Assembly (NCBI GenBank): GCA_048885865.1
Contig: JBHLLF010000002.1
Coordinates: forward strand, 141,070 to 205,069
Reading direction: 5' to 3'
From: Candidatus Hermodarchaeota archaeon
Lineage (GTDB): Archaea > Asgardarchaeota > Thorarchaeia > Thorarchaeales > Thorarchaeaceae
Length of the DNA stretch: 64,000 bases
This document shows positions 18,522-27,223 of this stretch, one piece after another. The notes beneath the pieces were generated by a model. It worked only from the letters and a program-made list of their open reading frames with translations, searched no databases and was not told the DNA's origin. Position numbers and translations under genes: made by a program. Every line of letters begins with the position of its first letter. The stretch's first letter is position 1.

Positions 18522-20060
18522 ATGGGCGAGGAACAAAAACTCCTATTCGTGCGTGAAAGCTCCGGCCTAGTAAAGGAAGTAGGTACGGGCTTTGCCCTGC
18601 TTCTTCCAATTGCACTAACTCTTGGACCTTGGTTCCACTACTTCGGGCCTCAGGTTTCATCATGGTATCCAGGTGCGCATCTAGTTCCGATGTATGCCAT
18701 CGGCGCAGGAATCGTCTTCTTTGAAGCAATTGCATTGATGTGCCTAATGCTTGCGATGCCACGATCTGGTGCCTCCTACCACTTCACTGGTAGAGGTCTC
18801 AGTCCAATTTTTGGTGTGATGGAAGGTTGGCGGTCCGTAATTACCAATCCTGTATTTAGAGGGACAGGTAGCTTCTTCGCGGTACAGATCTTCGCAGGCG
18901 GTCTCGTAGTTGTTGGTACAGCAACCGGCAACGCTGGTCTTGTTGCAGCAGCGACAGCTCTAGGATCAGACTGGATTCTACTGTTTGTTGCAGCAGCAAT
19001 AATGATCTTTGTAGGATTCATCTTTAGCTATCTCAGCGTAAAATGGTTGGGCTGGTTTACGATAATCCTCGGATTGATCAATATCATAGCGTTGTTAGTT
19101 GCTGATCTTGTTATGCTAGCGACTCCCATTACTCAGTCAGTTTGGGAGGGTACAATGGGCTCAGGTACCTGGGCTCCGATCGCTGCATTCGACAACTCAG
19201 CCTATGTCGACTTTGACTGGGCAGCTGTGGGCCCTGCTTTGATTCTAACCGTTGGTGGAATGTGGCCTTACCTTATTATGCCAGTAGCAGGTGAAGTGGC
19301 ACAGCCAAGTAGAAACATCCCCTTGAGCAATCTGGGTGGATGGGCTGGTATCGCCTTCTTTTTCATGCTCTCAGGCTTCGCAGTTGAGTCAAGCATGGGA
19401 GCCGACCTGTATGGCATCAACTTCGCTGGAGGCGTATTCCCAGGATTTGGTAACTATGCAGCAGTCATTCTTGGAGCCAATCCGTTAGCGTGGTTCGTGA
19501 TATTATGTCCGGTCTATGCGAGCGTGTTAGACTCACCGAGCAATGCACTGTGGGTTACCCGACCAATGCATTCCATGGCTATGGACCGGTTCTGTCCTGA
19601 AGCATTCGCAAGTGTCCATCCGAAGTACCATGTTCCACACATTACATTGTACTTCTGGTTGATTCTATCACTTGGAACAGTAGCCTTCGCTACATTCCTA
19701 GTAATTACAACCGGCACTGCTCTCGACGCACTGATTGGCGTAGCATTCACCTACGTCTTTATCAGATGGCAGATGGCACTGGCTGCGGTATCATTACCGT
19801 ACTACAGGCCAACATTATGGGAGCGAAGCGGAGCGTGGAAGTTCCTGGGCATTCCACTGATATCAATCGGTGGTCTGGTTGCAGGCGGCGCATTCTTCTA
19901 TTCTATGATAGCATTCGTACCAGGTGGTGCCGCTTACGAGGTCTGGTTCACTGTGATCGTATACGTGATTGGTCAATTAGCCTACATGTACTACGGTGCT
20001 AAGAACAAGGCCAAAGGCATCGAGATGTCTGCTATCTTCGGACAGCTTCCGCCAGAGTAG
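18522..20060 (+). CDS. APC superfamily amino-acid permease (copy B)
   Basis: FVRESSGLVKE, AMPRSGASY, AGEVAQPSRN, MDRFCPEAF..VHPKYHVP, C-terminal IFGQLPPE. Start is ATG 18522 or TTG 18507. Confidence 0.88.
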   Translation: MGEEQKLLFVRESSGLVKEVGTGFALLLPIALTLGPWFHYFGPQVSSWYPGAHLVPMYAIGAGIVFFEAIALMCLMLAMPRSGASYHFTGRGLSPIFGVMEGWRSVITNPVFRGTGSFFAVQIFAGGLVVVGTATGNAGLVAAATALGSDWILLFVAAAIMIFVGFIFSYLSVKWLGWFTIILGLINIIALLVADLVMLATPITQSVWEGTMGSGTWAPIAAFDNSAYVDFDWAAVGPALILTVGGMWPYLIMPVAGEVAQPSRNIPLSNLGGWAGIAFFFMLSGFAVESSMGADLYGINFAGGVFPGFGNYAAVILGANPLAWFVILCPVYASVLDSPSNALWVTRPMHSMAMDRFCPEAFASVHPKYHVPHITLYFWLILSLGTVAFATFLVITTGTALDALIGVAFTYVFIRWQMALAAVSLPYYRPTLWERSGAWKFLGIPLISIGGLVAGGAFFYSMIAFVPGGAAYEVWFTVIVYVIGQLAYMYYGAKNKAKGIEMSAIFGQLPPE

Positions 20061-20073
20061 AACGCATTTCATT

Positions 20074-20112
20074 TGAAGAGAGCCGCAAGCTCTCTTCACC
20101 CCTCTCTTTTTT
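20074..20112 (+). terminator. 10-bp perfect hairpin plus pyrimidine/T tract after APC permease B
   Basis: tgaagagagc-cgcaa-gctctcttca followed by a C/T-rich tract ending in a T run. Confidence 0.7.
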
Positions 20113-20150
20113 CGCGTCTCTCAGTAGCCAAAAGATAGCTGAATCATCAT

Positions 20151-21119
20151 CTAGGAAATGGCGCTATCATCATTTTCCTCTGATTCCTGAGGCTCTTCTT
20201 CTGCAAAATCGTATATGGGCGGAAATCGATTTCTGCTTGCCTTGCTTGAAAATGCTTCCAGCTTGTCCCACGATTTGTGAAAACGCGAAGGGAAGGATCT
20301 AGGTCTGATTGCTAGTACCTCCTCAATATCATCTGAGGATCTGTAGATATCGAGCGCTTTCTTGGCATCCTCCACAATTCGCTGTCGCTCTTCATCATCG
20401 AGCACCTGCTGTTGATATTGATAGGCATCCTCATGCCATTGGTATTTTATCGAGAACTCTTGATGATCATTGAAGATGCTATCAATAAGCCTCCAAGGCC
20501 AGAACGTGGCCATCTGAGCAAGTTGCACACCGGCACCGTAGAAGTCTATTGCCATTCCCTCTTTACAGAAGATATAATCGGGGCCTCGCTCCCGAAATTT
20601 TGGATTTGGCTTAGCCATACGCCCTCTCTTTGACCAATCGAACCACTGTGCCCTATGGCGTCCAACGACCTCGCACTGGTTAATAATGTATCTGACTGCT
20701 GCGGCAGTACCATGATGTGCCAATCCCGGTAGACTCGGACGTTCAAGAATCCCCTCAACCAGCTCCTTTACAGTTGCCACATCCTCCAATGGAAATGTAG
20801 CCCAGACTGGAAAAACTGCACGTCCATATGGCATCGAAAACAGAAACAGCATCCCTGCAGGTCCAATTGGCTCGAAGTCATCAGGAAGTTCCTCATACAT
20901 CGGCCACGTTTTATCATCCTTACAGTAATGCACTTCACAGACTTCAAAGGATACTACCTCACTCCAACCGGCGTCATATGTAGCTAGATACTTCTTCCTT
21001 CTTTTTTCGCGAGGAAGAACGAATCTTGCATACTCTGAATTGATTTGGAGCTCCTGTTTGTCGTCATAAGGATCAGTACCAAGATATTCAAGGTCTGGAA
21101 GTCTGTCATATGTACTCAT
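20151..21119 (-). CDS. Hypothetical soluble protein
   Basis: 322-aa ORF filling the gap between genes; no motif recognised. Confidence 0.7.
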   Translation of the reverse strand: MSTYDRLPDLEYLGTDPYDDKQELQINSEYARFVLPREKRRKKYLATYDAGWSEVVSFEVCEVHYCKDDKTWPMYEELPDDFEPIGPAGMLFLFSMPYGRAVFPVWATFPLEDVATVKELVEGILERPSLPGLAHHGTAAAVRYIINQCEVVGRHRAQWFDWSKRGRMAKPNPKFRERGPDYIFCKEGMAIDFYGAGVQLAQMATFWPWRLIDSIFNDHQEFSIKYQWHEDAYQYQQQVLDDEERQRIVEDAKKALDIYRSSDDIEEVLAIRPRSFPSRFHKSWDKLEAFSSKASRNRFPPIYDFAEEEPQESEENDDSAIS

Positions 21120-21274
21120 CTTTAGTAAATCCCCATGAATAAGCGCGAGTCGGTTTGAGAGTTATTTGAATCTCCTGCCAGCCCATTCTTAAACAAGCTG
21201 GTATATGCCCGCAAGTTAATCGTAAACATTAATTAGCTGTATTCGCGAGCCAATCGCTAAGAGGACTTGGTAAG

Positions 21275-21982
21275 ATGAGTCACCGGGGAAAGCAAGATAA
21301 AAAGGTAAAGCGGCCATCATCAGTATCGCTTGACGATTTCCAATTCACTCCCGCGAATCTGGATTTGAGATTCAGCAAGAATCTATTGACAGTGTTGGAT
21401 GGCTATCGAATTCAGAGAACATATGACCTGGGCTTTATCGATAAGAAAGTTGGAGAAGGAGAATTGCCTAGGACTTTCGTTCAGCAGTGGGGAACCATGA
21501 GGAAGGCTCTCACCAAGCTCGCTGCCATTGGCCCAAAAGTCCCTGGAGTTGAGTCCTCGCTGAATCGTAGGCAGACAATGTCCTTCATTGGGATGGCTTC
21601 ACTCACCATTGCAGTTCCAATTCTGCTATTCACTTACGTATTGCAGCTTGATTGGCTAGCACCTATTGGCTTACCAATTGCCCTTGTTGCAGTCGGCTTA
21701 ATGCTAATCAGCTGGATGACTTCAGCCTGGTATAATAGAAAGGTTGCATGGTTGATTCATGACTATGTAGAAGAGAATCAAGCATTGGTATCCAACGAAA
21801 GGCGGCACCTCAAGAAATGGGTCCAAATACTGATAATGCACACATCAAGTCTTATGCGAAAAAGCGGTGAGGATCCCGAGAAGAATCTTGTCAAATTCTT
21901 TAATGACGACTATAATGGAATTGAGGTATTGAAAGTTCCAAGTGGTTTCCGGAAGCACTATGTCGTCAAAATTAGATTGTAA
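21275..21982 (+). CDS. Unknown two-TM membrane protein (copy B)
   Basis: Paralogue of 8942..9640: LDGYRIQRTYDLGF, two TM helices, DDYNGIEVLKVPSGFRKHYVVKI. Confidence 0.75.
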   Translation: MSHRGKQDKKVKRPSSVSLDDFQFTPANLDLRFSKNLLTVLDGYRIQRTYDLGFIDKKVGEGELPRTFVQQWGTMRKALTKLAAIGPKVPGVESSLNRRQTMSFIGMASLTIAVPILLFTYVLQLDWLAPIGLPIALVAVGLMLISWMTSAWYNRKVAWLIHDYVEENQALVSNERRHLKKWVQILIMHTSSLMRKSGEDPEKNLVKFFNDDYNGIEVLKVPSGFRKHYVVKIRL

Positions 21983-21987
21983 GAAAA

Positions 21988-22015
21988 GGGACTCGATTTG
22001 CCCTGAATCGAGCCC
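21988..22015. terminator. Hairpin between convergent genes
   Basis: ggg-a-ctcgatt / aatcgag-ccc inverted repeat, A-rich on one side and T-rich on the other. Confidence 0.45.
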
Positions 22016-22029
22016 AGTAGTTTCAGTTT

Positions 22030-23145
22030 CTATACAAGATCTTCCATAGGCTTATAGTCAAGGTCAAAGCCGAAATGACGTGGGCCTAAAACCTTCAAAC
22101 CTTCAGTGCTACGAAATACCTGTTCTGATTTCATTCCGATTACACTGACCTGGTCACCGGCTTTGATGTCTGTGTTTGTTATTGGCTCACCAGATTTTGC
22201 ATCAATTATCTCAATAATGTCCGGACTCATGACCCAAGGTTTGTCATCAAGCCATGTGACATGATTCTCATTCTTGAACCAGACTCGAAGCTCAGACCCG
22301 GGCCTAATACCACTTCCCTTGATCTTAGTTTCGCCCCACATGTAGCCTGCCCGGTTCTCCCATGTCTTATCCACGACCTCTCCCCGGAAGAGAATCCAGC
22401 CTCCTACATTTTCAACAATCTTGTCAGCAGGATCATCGCCCGTGTCACGACTCTCTCTAATCATCTTGCCAACTTCATAGCTTTTAGTCAGTGTTCCTGG
22501 GATAATTGCATCATGGAAATCCGAGCCTTTCAATGGAAAAGCAACATTTCCCAACCTTCCCCAGGCAGCTTCACTGAGTGCCTTGGAGATTCGCTCACCC
22601 ATCTCAAAGTTGATGACATGTTCTACTATGCTCTTGTTACCAAACCAATCGATAAGAGCCATTGGTGCCATCGAGAACCCCTTGATGCATACTGTGTTCT
22701 GGCAAATCTCTGGAACTGCTCTTGCTGAATAATCTCCGTCAACACATGGAATGCCGTGTTTCACAGCTGAATCTATTGGTGCTGGCGTATTCACTCCTCC
22801 AAGCTCAAATGGAGCCACCGCCGCGAACTTTACTCCCATATGGTCCTCTAACGCTTTGAGACCCGCAGCTAGTTCTTGCTCATAGTAGTCCCAAGGAAAT
22901 CGAGTTCTCAACGCCTCAATTTCTGGAGTAGGAGGTGCGATAGTCCCTGAATAGTAAGAGCAAGCAACCCAGTCATCATTCTTCACGTGCCCCACGTCAA
23001 CAATCTCTATTGTCTTCCCCGCATCCATGTGAGGATAAAGCATATCGAGTCCGAGCTGCTTTGAGCCGCCCCCGCCAGTTCCAAAGAATGTGCATCCGGT
23101 GGTGAGGTCGTCTACATCGGTCCTCGTTTTTAATATCAAAGTCAT
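22030..23145 (-). CDS. DUF917 family protein (copy 1)
   Basis: GCTFFGTGGGG, PFELGGVN, VDGDYSARAVPE, FKNENH, SPDII. ATG 23145 preferred over 23262. Confidence 0.9.
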   Translation of the reverse strand: MTLILKTRTDVDDLTTGCTFFGTGGGGSKQLGLDMLYPHMDAGKTIEIVDVGHVKNDDWVACSYYSGTIAPPTPEIEALRTRFPWDYYEQELAAGLKALEDHMGVKFAAVAPFELGGVNTPAPIDSAVKHGIPCVDGDYSARAVPEICQNTVCIKGFSMAPMALIDWFGNKSIVEHVINFEMGERISKALSEAAWGRLGNVAFPLKGSDFHDAIIPGTLTKSYEVGKMIRESRDTGDDPADKIVENVGGWILFRGEVVDKTWENRAGYMWGETKIKGSGIRPGSELRVWFKNENHVTWLDDKPWVMSPDIIEIIDAKSGEPITNTDIKAGDQVSVIGMKSEQVFRSTEGLKVLGPRHFGFDLDYKPMEDLV

Positions 23146-23267
23146 ATTAGTCCCAATCCCATTAAAGTGACTTAAACAAGAATTATGCTTGGCTCTATAT
23201 ATTTCCAATGGACTAAAAACAAGGTTGGAAGGAAGGCGCAAGTGCACCTTCCTCTCCGACATCAGAG

Positions 23268-24209
23268 CTAAAGCTCTACTCGTCCCGCTTGGACATTTCC
23301 ATCTTCGATGGTGATGAGGAATCCTTTCAAGATGCCCTCTCTGTACTCTGAGCCTGGGTTAACACAGAGCGTTCGCCCAATCTTTCTGTATCCCACACTT
23401 TCATGGATATGACCATGCATGCCCAATAATGGCTGATACTTCTCAATCACTGCTCGGACTGATTTGCTACCAACTGGTGTCATAATCTCATGTGCACCTG
23501 CCTTTGCAACACGATGGTCCTCAGTCAACTGAGGTGCTACATCGAGTCCTGAGTTGAATGGAGGGTCATGAAAGTTGCAGAGTACGTTTGAGTAATCATC
23601 TGTTTCAAGACGTGCAAATTCTGCTTCCAGCTTGTCCAGCAGCTCCTCATCAGGACATTCTCTGTGAGTGTTCCACGGTGTGGAGTTTACCCATTCCAGA
23701 CTTATCATGGGATATCCATGAATGTCAACAACTCTCTGTAGAGGATATATGATTCTCTCGTCATTCTTTATTACTTCATCAATGACATAGTCGTCATCAT
23801 TTCCTGGATTCACAACGACCATTACGTCTTCAGGTATCCGTTCATTAGCCATGTGCATCCATTCCTGAATTCTCTCCACCATTAGTCTTTCAAAGAGCTT
23901 GGTGATCTCTCCAGGCGTTTCCTGAAGATGCGCCAACTCATCCGGTGTAAGTATTGCTGGATAGAACCCCTCGTCCTTAGTGAACTTGATGAATTTGTCA
24001 AGATCCTTTTGCTTCTTGAAGGTCTTCTTTTGGCCTCGGGGGTTGGCATACCATCTGTCTTCTTTCTCTTGTATAATCGGCATGATGGCTTTCCCGGTTA
24101 GGTCGCCGCACATCATCGCTACGTCTGCTTTGAACGCCTTTGGTGCCCGACACATTTTCTCCCAGGTCTGTTGGCTTCCGTGTGGGTCACAGGCTTGGAA
24201 TATCCTCAT
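23268..24209 (-). CDS. Calcineurin-like metallophosphoesterase (copy B)
   Basis: CDPHGS, CGDLTGKA, NPGNDD, NFHDPP, MHGHIHES, CVNPGS; long blocks near-identical to copy A. Confidence 0.92.
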   Translation of the reverse strand: MRIFQACDPHGSQQTWEKMCRAPKAFKADVAMMCGDLTGKAIMPIIQEKEDRWYANPRGQKKTFKKQKDLDKFIKFTKDEGFYPAILTPDELAHLQETPGEITKLFERLMVERIQEWMHMANERIPEDVMVVVNPGNDDDYVIDEVIKNDERIIYPLQRVVDIHGYPMISLEWVNSTPWNTHRECPDEELLDKLEAEFARLETDDYSNVLCNFHDPPFNSGLDVAPQLTEDHRVAKAGAHEIMTPVGSKSVRAVIEKYQPLLGMHGHIHESVGYRKIGRTLCVNPGSEYREGILKGFLITIEDGNVQAGRVEL

Positions 24210-24430
24210 CTAATTACCTCGTAATCGTTTCTGCGTTGTGAACTCCTCAGAGTCCCAGACGAATTGTCGATGTGACAGTTTAGCCTTGTTTAAAGTTTAA
24301 TGGTGCAACACATTTTGCAGCTTAAGGAGATTTAGAAAAAAAGGAGTCTGTGCCATGTCACAAGATATTAATGTCATATGAAACATCGCAGGTGTAATAA
24401 GACCCTTGAATTCTAGAGGAGTACAGAGAT

Positions 24431-25231
24431 TTGAATGGGAAATATGGTCCAATTCTAGATGACTTCATGGAGGAAGCAATGCGGATTGAGAAAGCAGCTG
24501 CTGAAATGGACATTCCACTTCGCCTTATTGGCTGTCTTGCATTTAGGTTGAAGAGTCCGGAATATACAGACCTCCATATCAAGATGGGAAGAGAGGTCAC
24601 GGATATTGACTTCATAAGCTACTACAAGCATCAGAAGAAATTGCGGAATCTGTTCAGAGATGAACTAGGGTACCACTGGGTTCCTCCCGGATTTGCTCGT
24701 GCTAGCACATTGAGAGACCTCTTCATCGATGTTGAACGTGAACGCAAGGTAGATGTCTTCTACGATCACCTTGAATTTTGTCATAAGATTGATTTCAAGA
24801 AGAAAGACCGACTAGAGGTGGACCAACCCACAATTCCATTGGCGGAGCTATTCCTAGAGAAGACGCAGATAGTCGAGATCAATGCCAAGGACTTGAAGGA
24901 TCTAATCATTACTTTCCTTGCCCACGATGTAAGTACTCAAGATGATGACACTCAGGTCAATGGCAAGTACATAGCAAAGATGCTATCGGATGACTGGGGA
25001 TTTTACTATACTGTGACGGAGAACCTCAAGAAGTTCTTCGACTTCGTACCCACCGTTCCGGAAATCACTGAGGAGCAAAAGGAGATAGTGTTGTCCAGAG
25101 CCAAGAAGCTTCATCAGATGATTGAGGAGGAACCGAAATCAGGGTCTTGGAAGCGTCGAGCAAAGGTTGGTCCTAAGCAACGCTGGTATAAAGTAGTTCA
25201 TTCAATGGAAGGAACTAGGAACGCAGACTAG
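24431..25231 (+). CDS. Uncharacterised Pol-beta-superfamily nucleotidyltransferase (copy B)
   Basis: LRLIGCLAFRLKSP...TDIDFI, KVDVF, LEFCHKI, PTIPLAEL, WGFYYTVT.NLKK, WKRRAKVG...WY. Confidence 0.75.
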   Translation: MNGKYGPILDDFMEEAMRIEKAAAEMDIPLRLIGCLAFRLKSPEYTDLHIKMGREVTDIDFISYYKHQKKLRNLFRDELGYHWVPPGFARASTLRDLFIDVERERKVDVFYDHLEFCHKIDFKKKDRLEVDQPTIPLAELFLEKTQIVEINAKDLKDLIITFLAHDVSTQDDDTQVNGKYIAKMLSDDWGFYYTVTENLKKFFDFVPTVPEITEEQKEIVLSRAKKLHQMIEEEPKSGSWKRRAKVGPKQRWYKVVHSMEGTRNAD

Positions 25232-25273
25232 TTTCCGAACATTCCGCATAGGCAATCATTGGAGAGAGATGCA

Positions 25274-26392
25274 ATGGAACTAACAAAGCAGAATTCCTAC
25301 GACATGCTAACAGGCGTGGGAATACTAGGGACAGGCGGTGGAGGAGATCCTGTGACTTTTGGTAAGCCAATGGTCGATTGGGACTATGACCGAGGGCGTG
25401 TCTACGAGGTCACACCTCCAGCTGAGATCAAAGATGATGCATTCATTGTCTGTGGCGGTTACATGGGAAGCGTAAAGGCATTCACCTCCATAGGGGACAT
25501 GCTTGAAGCCTGGGAGACCAGATATGAGCTCCATGAAGCAATGAAGATGTCCGAGAAAATCGCCGGCAAGAAGGTCGACCACCTTGTACCATTTGAGCTG
25601 GGCGGCACGAATACTACTGTCATGTTGTCGCTAGCCGCTAGAGCAGGGATAACCACCGTAGATGGGGATGGACTCGGCCGCTCTGCTCCAGAGAGCCAGA
25701 TGATTTCGTTTGTTGGATATGGAATAGAGCTGTGCCCTATGCCACTTGTTACGAAGAATGGGAGCATAGTAGTCGTTGAGAAGTCTACGTCACCAGCTCT
25801 TGCTGATGAGATTGGCAGATTCGCAGTGGTTCAGGATGGTGGAGCTGGTGCTAACAACCACTACCATCAGACTGGCGCACAGTTGAAGAAATCCGTGATT
25901 CCAGACAGCATTTCGAAATCAATTGAGCTTGGTGAAGCTGTACGTGATGCAAACGAGAGCAAAAAGGATCCAATTGATGCATTCCTAGATACTATGGGCG
26001 GCCAGAGACTCATCAAGGGCAAGATTGAGGAAGTAAGAGGCGAGGATCGAGCAGGCCATTGGCAGGTAGTGGTGAGAATCAAGCCAGAGGACTTGAAGAG
26101 CAAATTCGAAGTTGTCGTGAAGAACGAGTACATGATGGCAATGAGCGATGGAAAACCGGTAGTAATGTTTCCTGATCTCATTTGCATACATTATCCTGAC
26201 ACCGGACATGGAGTCATGAGTGCTAACCTCAAAGAGGGTATGGAGGTGGTTGTTACAGCATCTCCTGCACATGAAAGGTTGAGATATGCTGGGAGTACAG
26301 AGATTGGTCGGAAGGCATTCCATCCTGAGCGCTATGGTCATCCTGAACTTGAGTACATACCCATGGAAGAAATCATCGGAAATCTCCGATAG
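25274..26392 (+). CDS. DUF917 family protein (copy 2)
   Basis: GVGILGTGGGG, PFELGGTN, VDGDGLGRSAPE, KNEYM, FPDLI. Start is 25274 or 25259. Confidence 0.9.
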   Translation: MELTKQNSYDMLTGVGILGTGGGGDPVTFGKPMVDWDYDRGRVYEVTPPAEIKDDAFIVCGGYMGSVKAFTSIGDMLEAWETRYELHEAMKMSEKIAGKKVDHLVPFELGGTNTTVMLSLAARAGITTVDGDGLGRSAPESQMISFVGYGIELCPMPLVTKNGSIVVVEKSTSPALADEIGRFAVVQDGGAGANNHYHQTGAQLKKSVIPDSISKSIELGEAVRDANESKKDPIDAFLDTMGGQRLIKGKIEEVRGEDRAGHWQVVVRIKPEDLKSKFEVVVKNEYMMAMSDGKPVVMFPDLICIHYPDTGHGVMSANLKEGMEVVVTASPAHERLRYAGSTEIGRKAFHPERYGHPELEYIPMEEIIGNLR

Positions 26393-26440
26393 ATAATTTG
26401 AAAGGCGACCGACCTTGTCGGTTCTTACTGGTGTTGCATC

Positions 26441-27208
26441 ATGAAGCGGATTGCCCTTATCGGTGCTACCGGCATAGATTGGTGGATGGATGAGAAGAAG
26501 CGAGATTTCGTGAAGTTACATACTCCTATGGGGTATGAAATAGTAAACTATACTCCGAAATATGGCACACACAGTGTTGAATCGCATGTCGACGAAGCGT
26601 ACAATGCGCCATTCATCTTGGAGCAAATATTGAAAGCAGAGAAGGACGGCTGTGATGCAATTGTCATCGATTGTGCTTGTGACCCCGTTCTTGATGCAGC
26701 TAGAGAAGTCTGTAGGGTACCTGTTGTTGCTCCACGAAACTCAGCCCTTCACGTTGCACTTACTCTAGGTACAAAATTCAGTATAATTACAGTTCAAGGC
26801 CAATCGCTTCTGAGATGCATGCAAGAAGGCGTTCGGAAAGAGGGTCTCGAGTCATTCTGCGCCAGTGTTCGGCATCTAACAATGCCAGTTCTAGACATTC
26901 CGAAGAACCCAAAAGATACACAGGAAGAACTCCTACGGACGTGCAAGACGGCTATAGAAGAGGATGGGGCAGATGTCATTGTCCTCGGATGCACGGCACT
27001 TTCTCATGAGGTTGACCTCGAGCCTATCATGAAGGAACTTGGCATTCCTATCTTGGACCCATGGGTGATAGCAATTCGAATGGCTCATACGCTGGCTGAA
27101 ACTGGATTGACGCATAGCAAGATTGCCTATCCAAATCCTCCACGGAAGGGCATCACAGAAATCCCTGCGATCGAGGGTGTCTTTGATGACGTGCTAAAGT
27201 CTGATTGA
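26441..27208 (+). CDS. Asp/Glu/hydantoin racemase family protein
   Basis: DAIVIDCACDP, AARE, DGADVIVLGCT (two catalytic cysteines), SKIAYP.P. Confidence 0.92.
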   Translation: MKRIALIGATGIDWWMDEKKRDFVKLHTPMGYEIVNYTPKYGTHSVESHVDEAYNAPFILEQILKAEKDGCDAIVIDCACDPVLDAAREVCRVPVVAPRNSALHVALTLGTKFSIITVQGQSLLRCMQEGVRKEGLESFCASVRHLTMPVLDIPKNPKDTQEELLRTCKTAIEEDGADVIVLGCTALSHEVDLEPIMKELGIPILDPWVIAIRMAHTLAETGLTHSKIAYPNPPRKGITEIPAIEGVFDDVLKSD

Positions 27209-27223
27209 GGAATATACATTTCA

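Noticed and set aside
23146-23262. N-terminal extensions in the ORF track (also 11551, 17350, 43903, 46467, 48078, 60377)
   Set aside because: They run through promoter or terminator sequence or overlap neighbours; downstream starts fit SD motifs and family N-termini better.
7113-25231. Recent segmental duplication or assembly artefact as the cause of the paralogue pairs
   Set aside because: The copies are strongly diverged and rearranged, and no long identical DNA repeat is visible.
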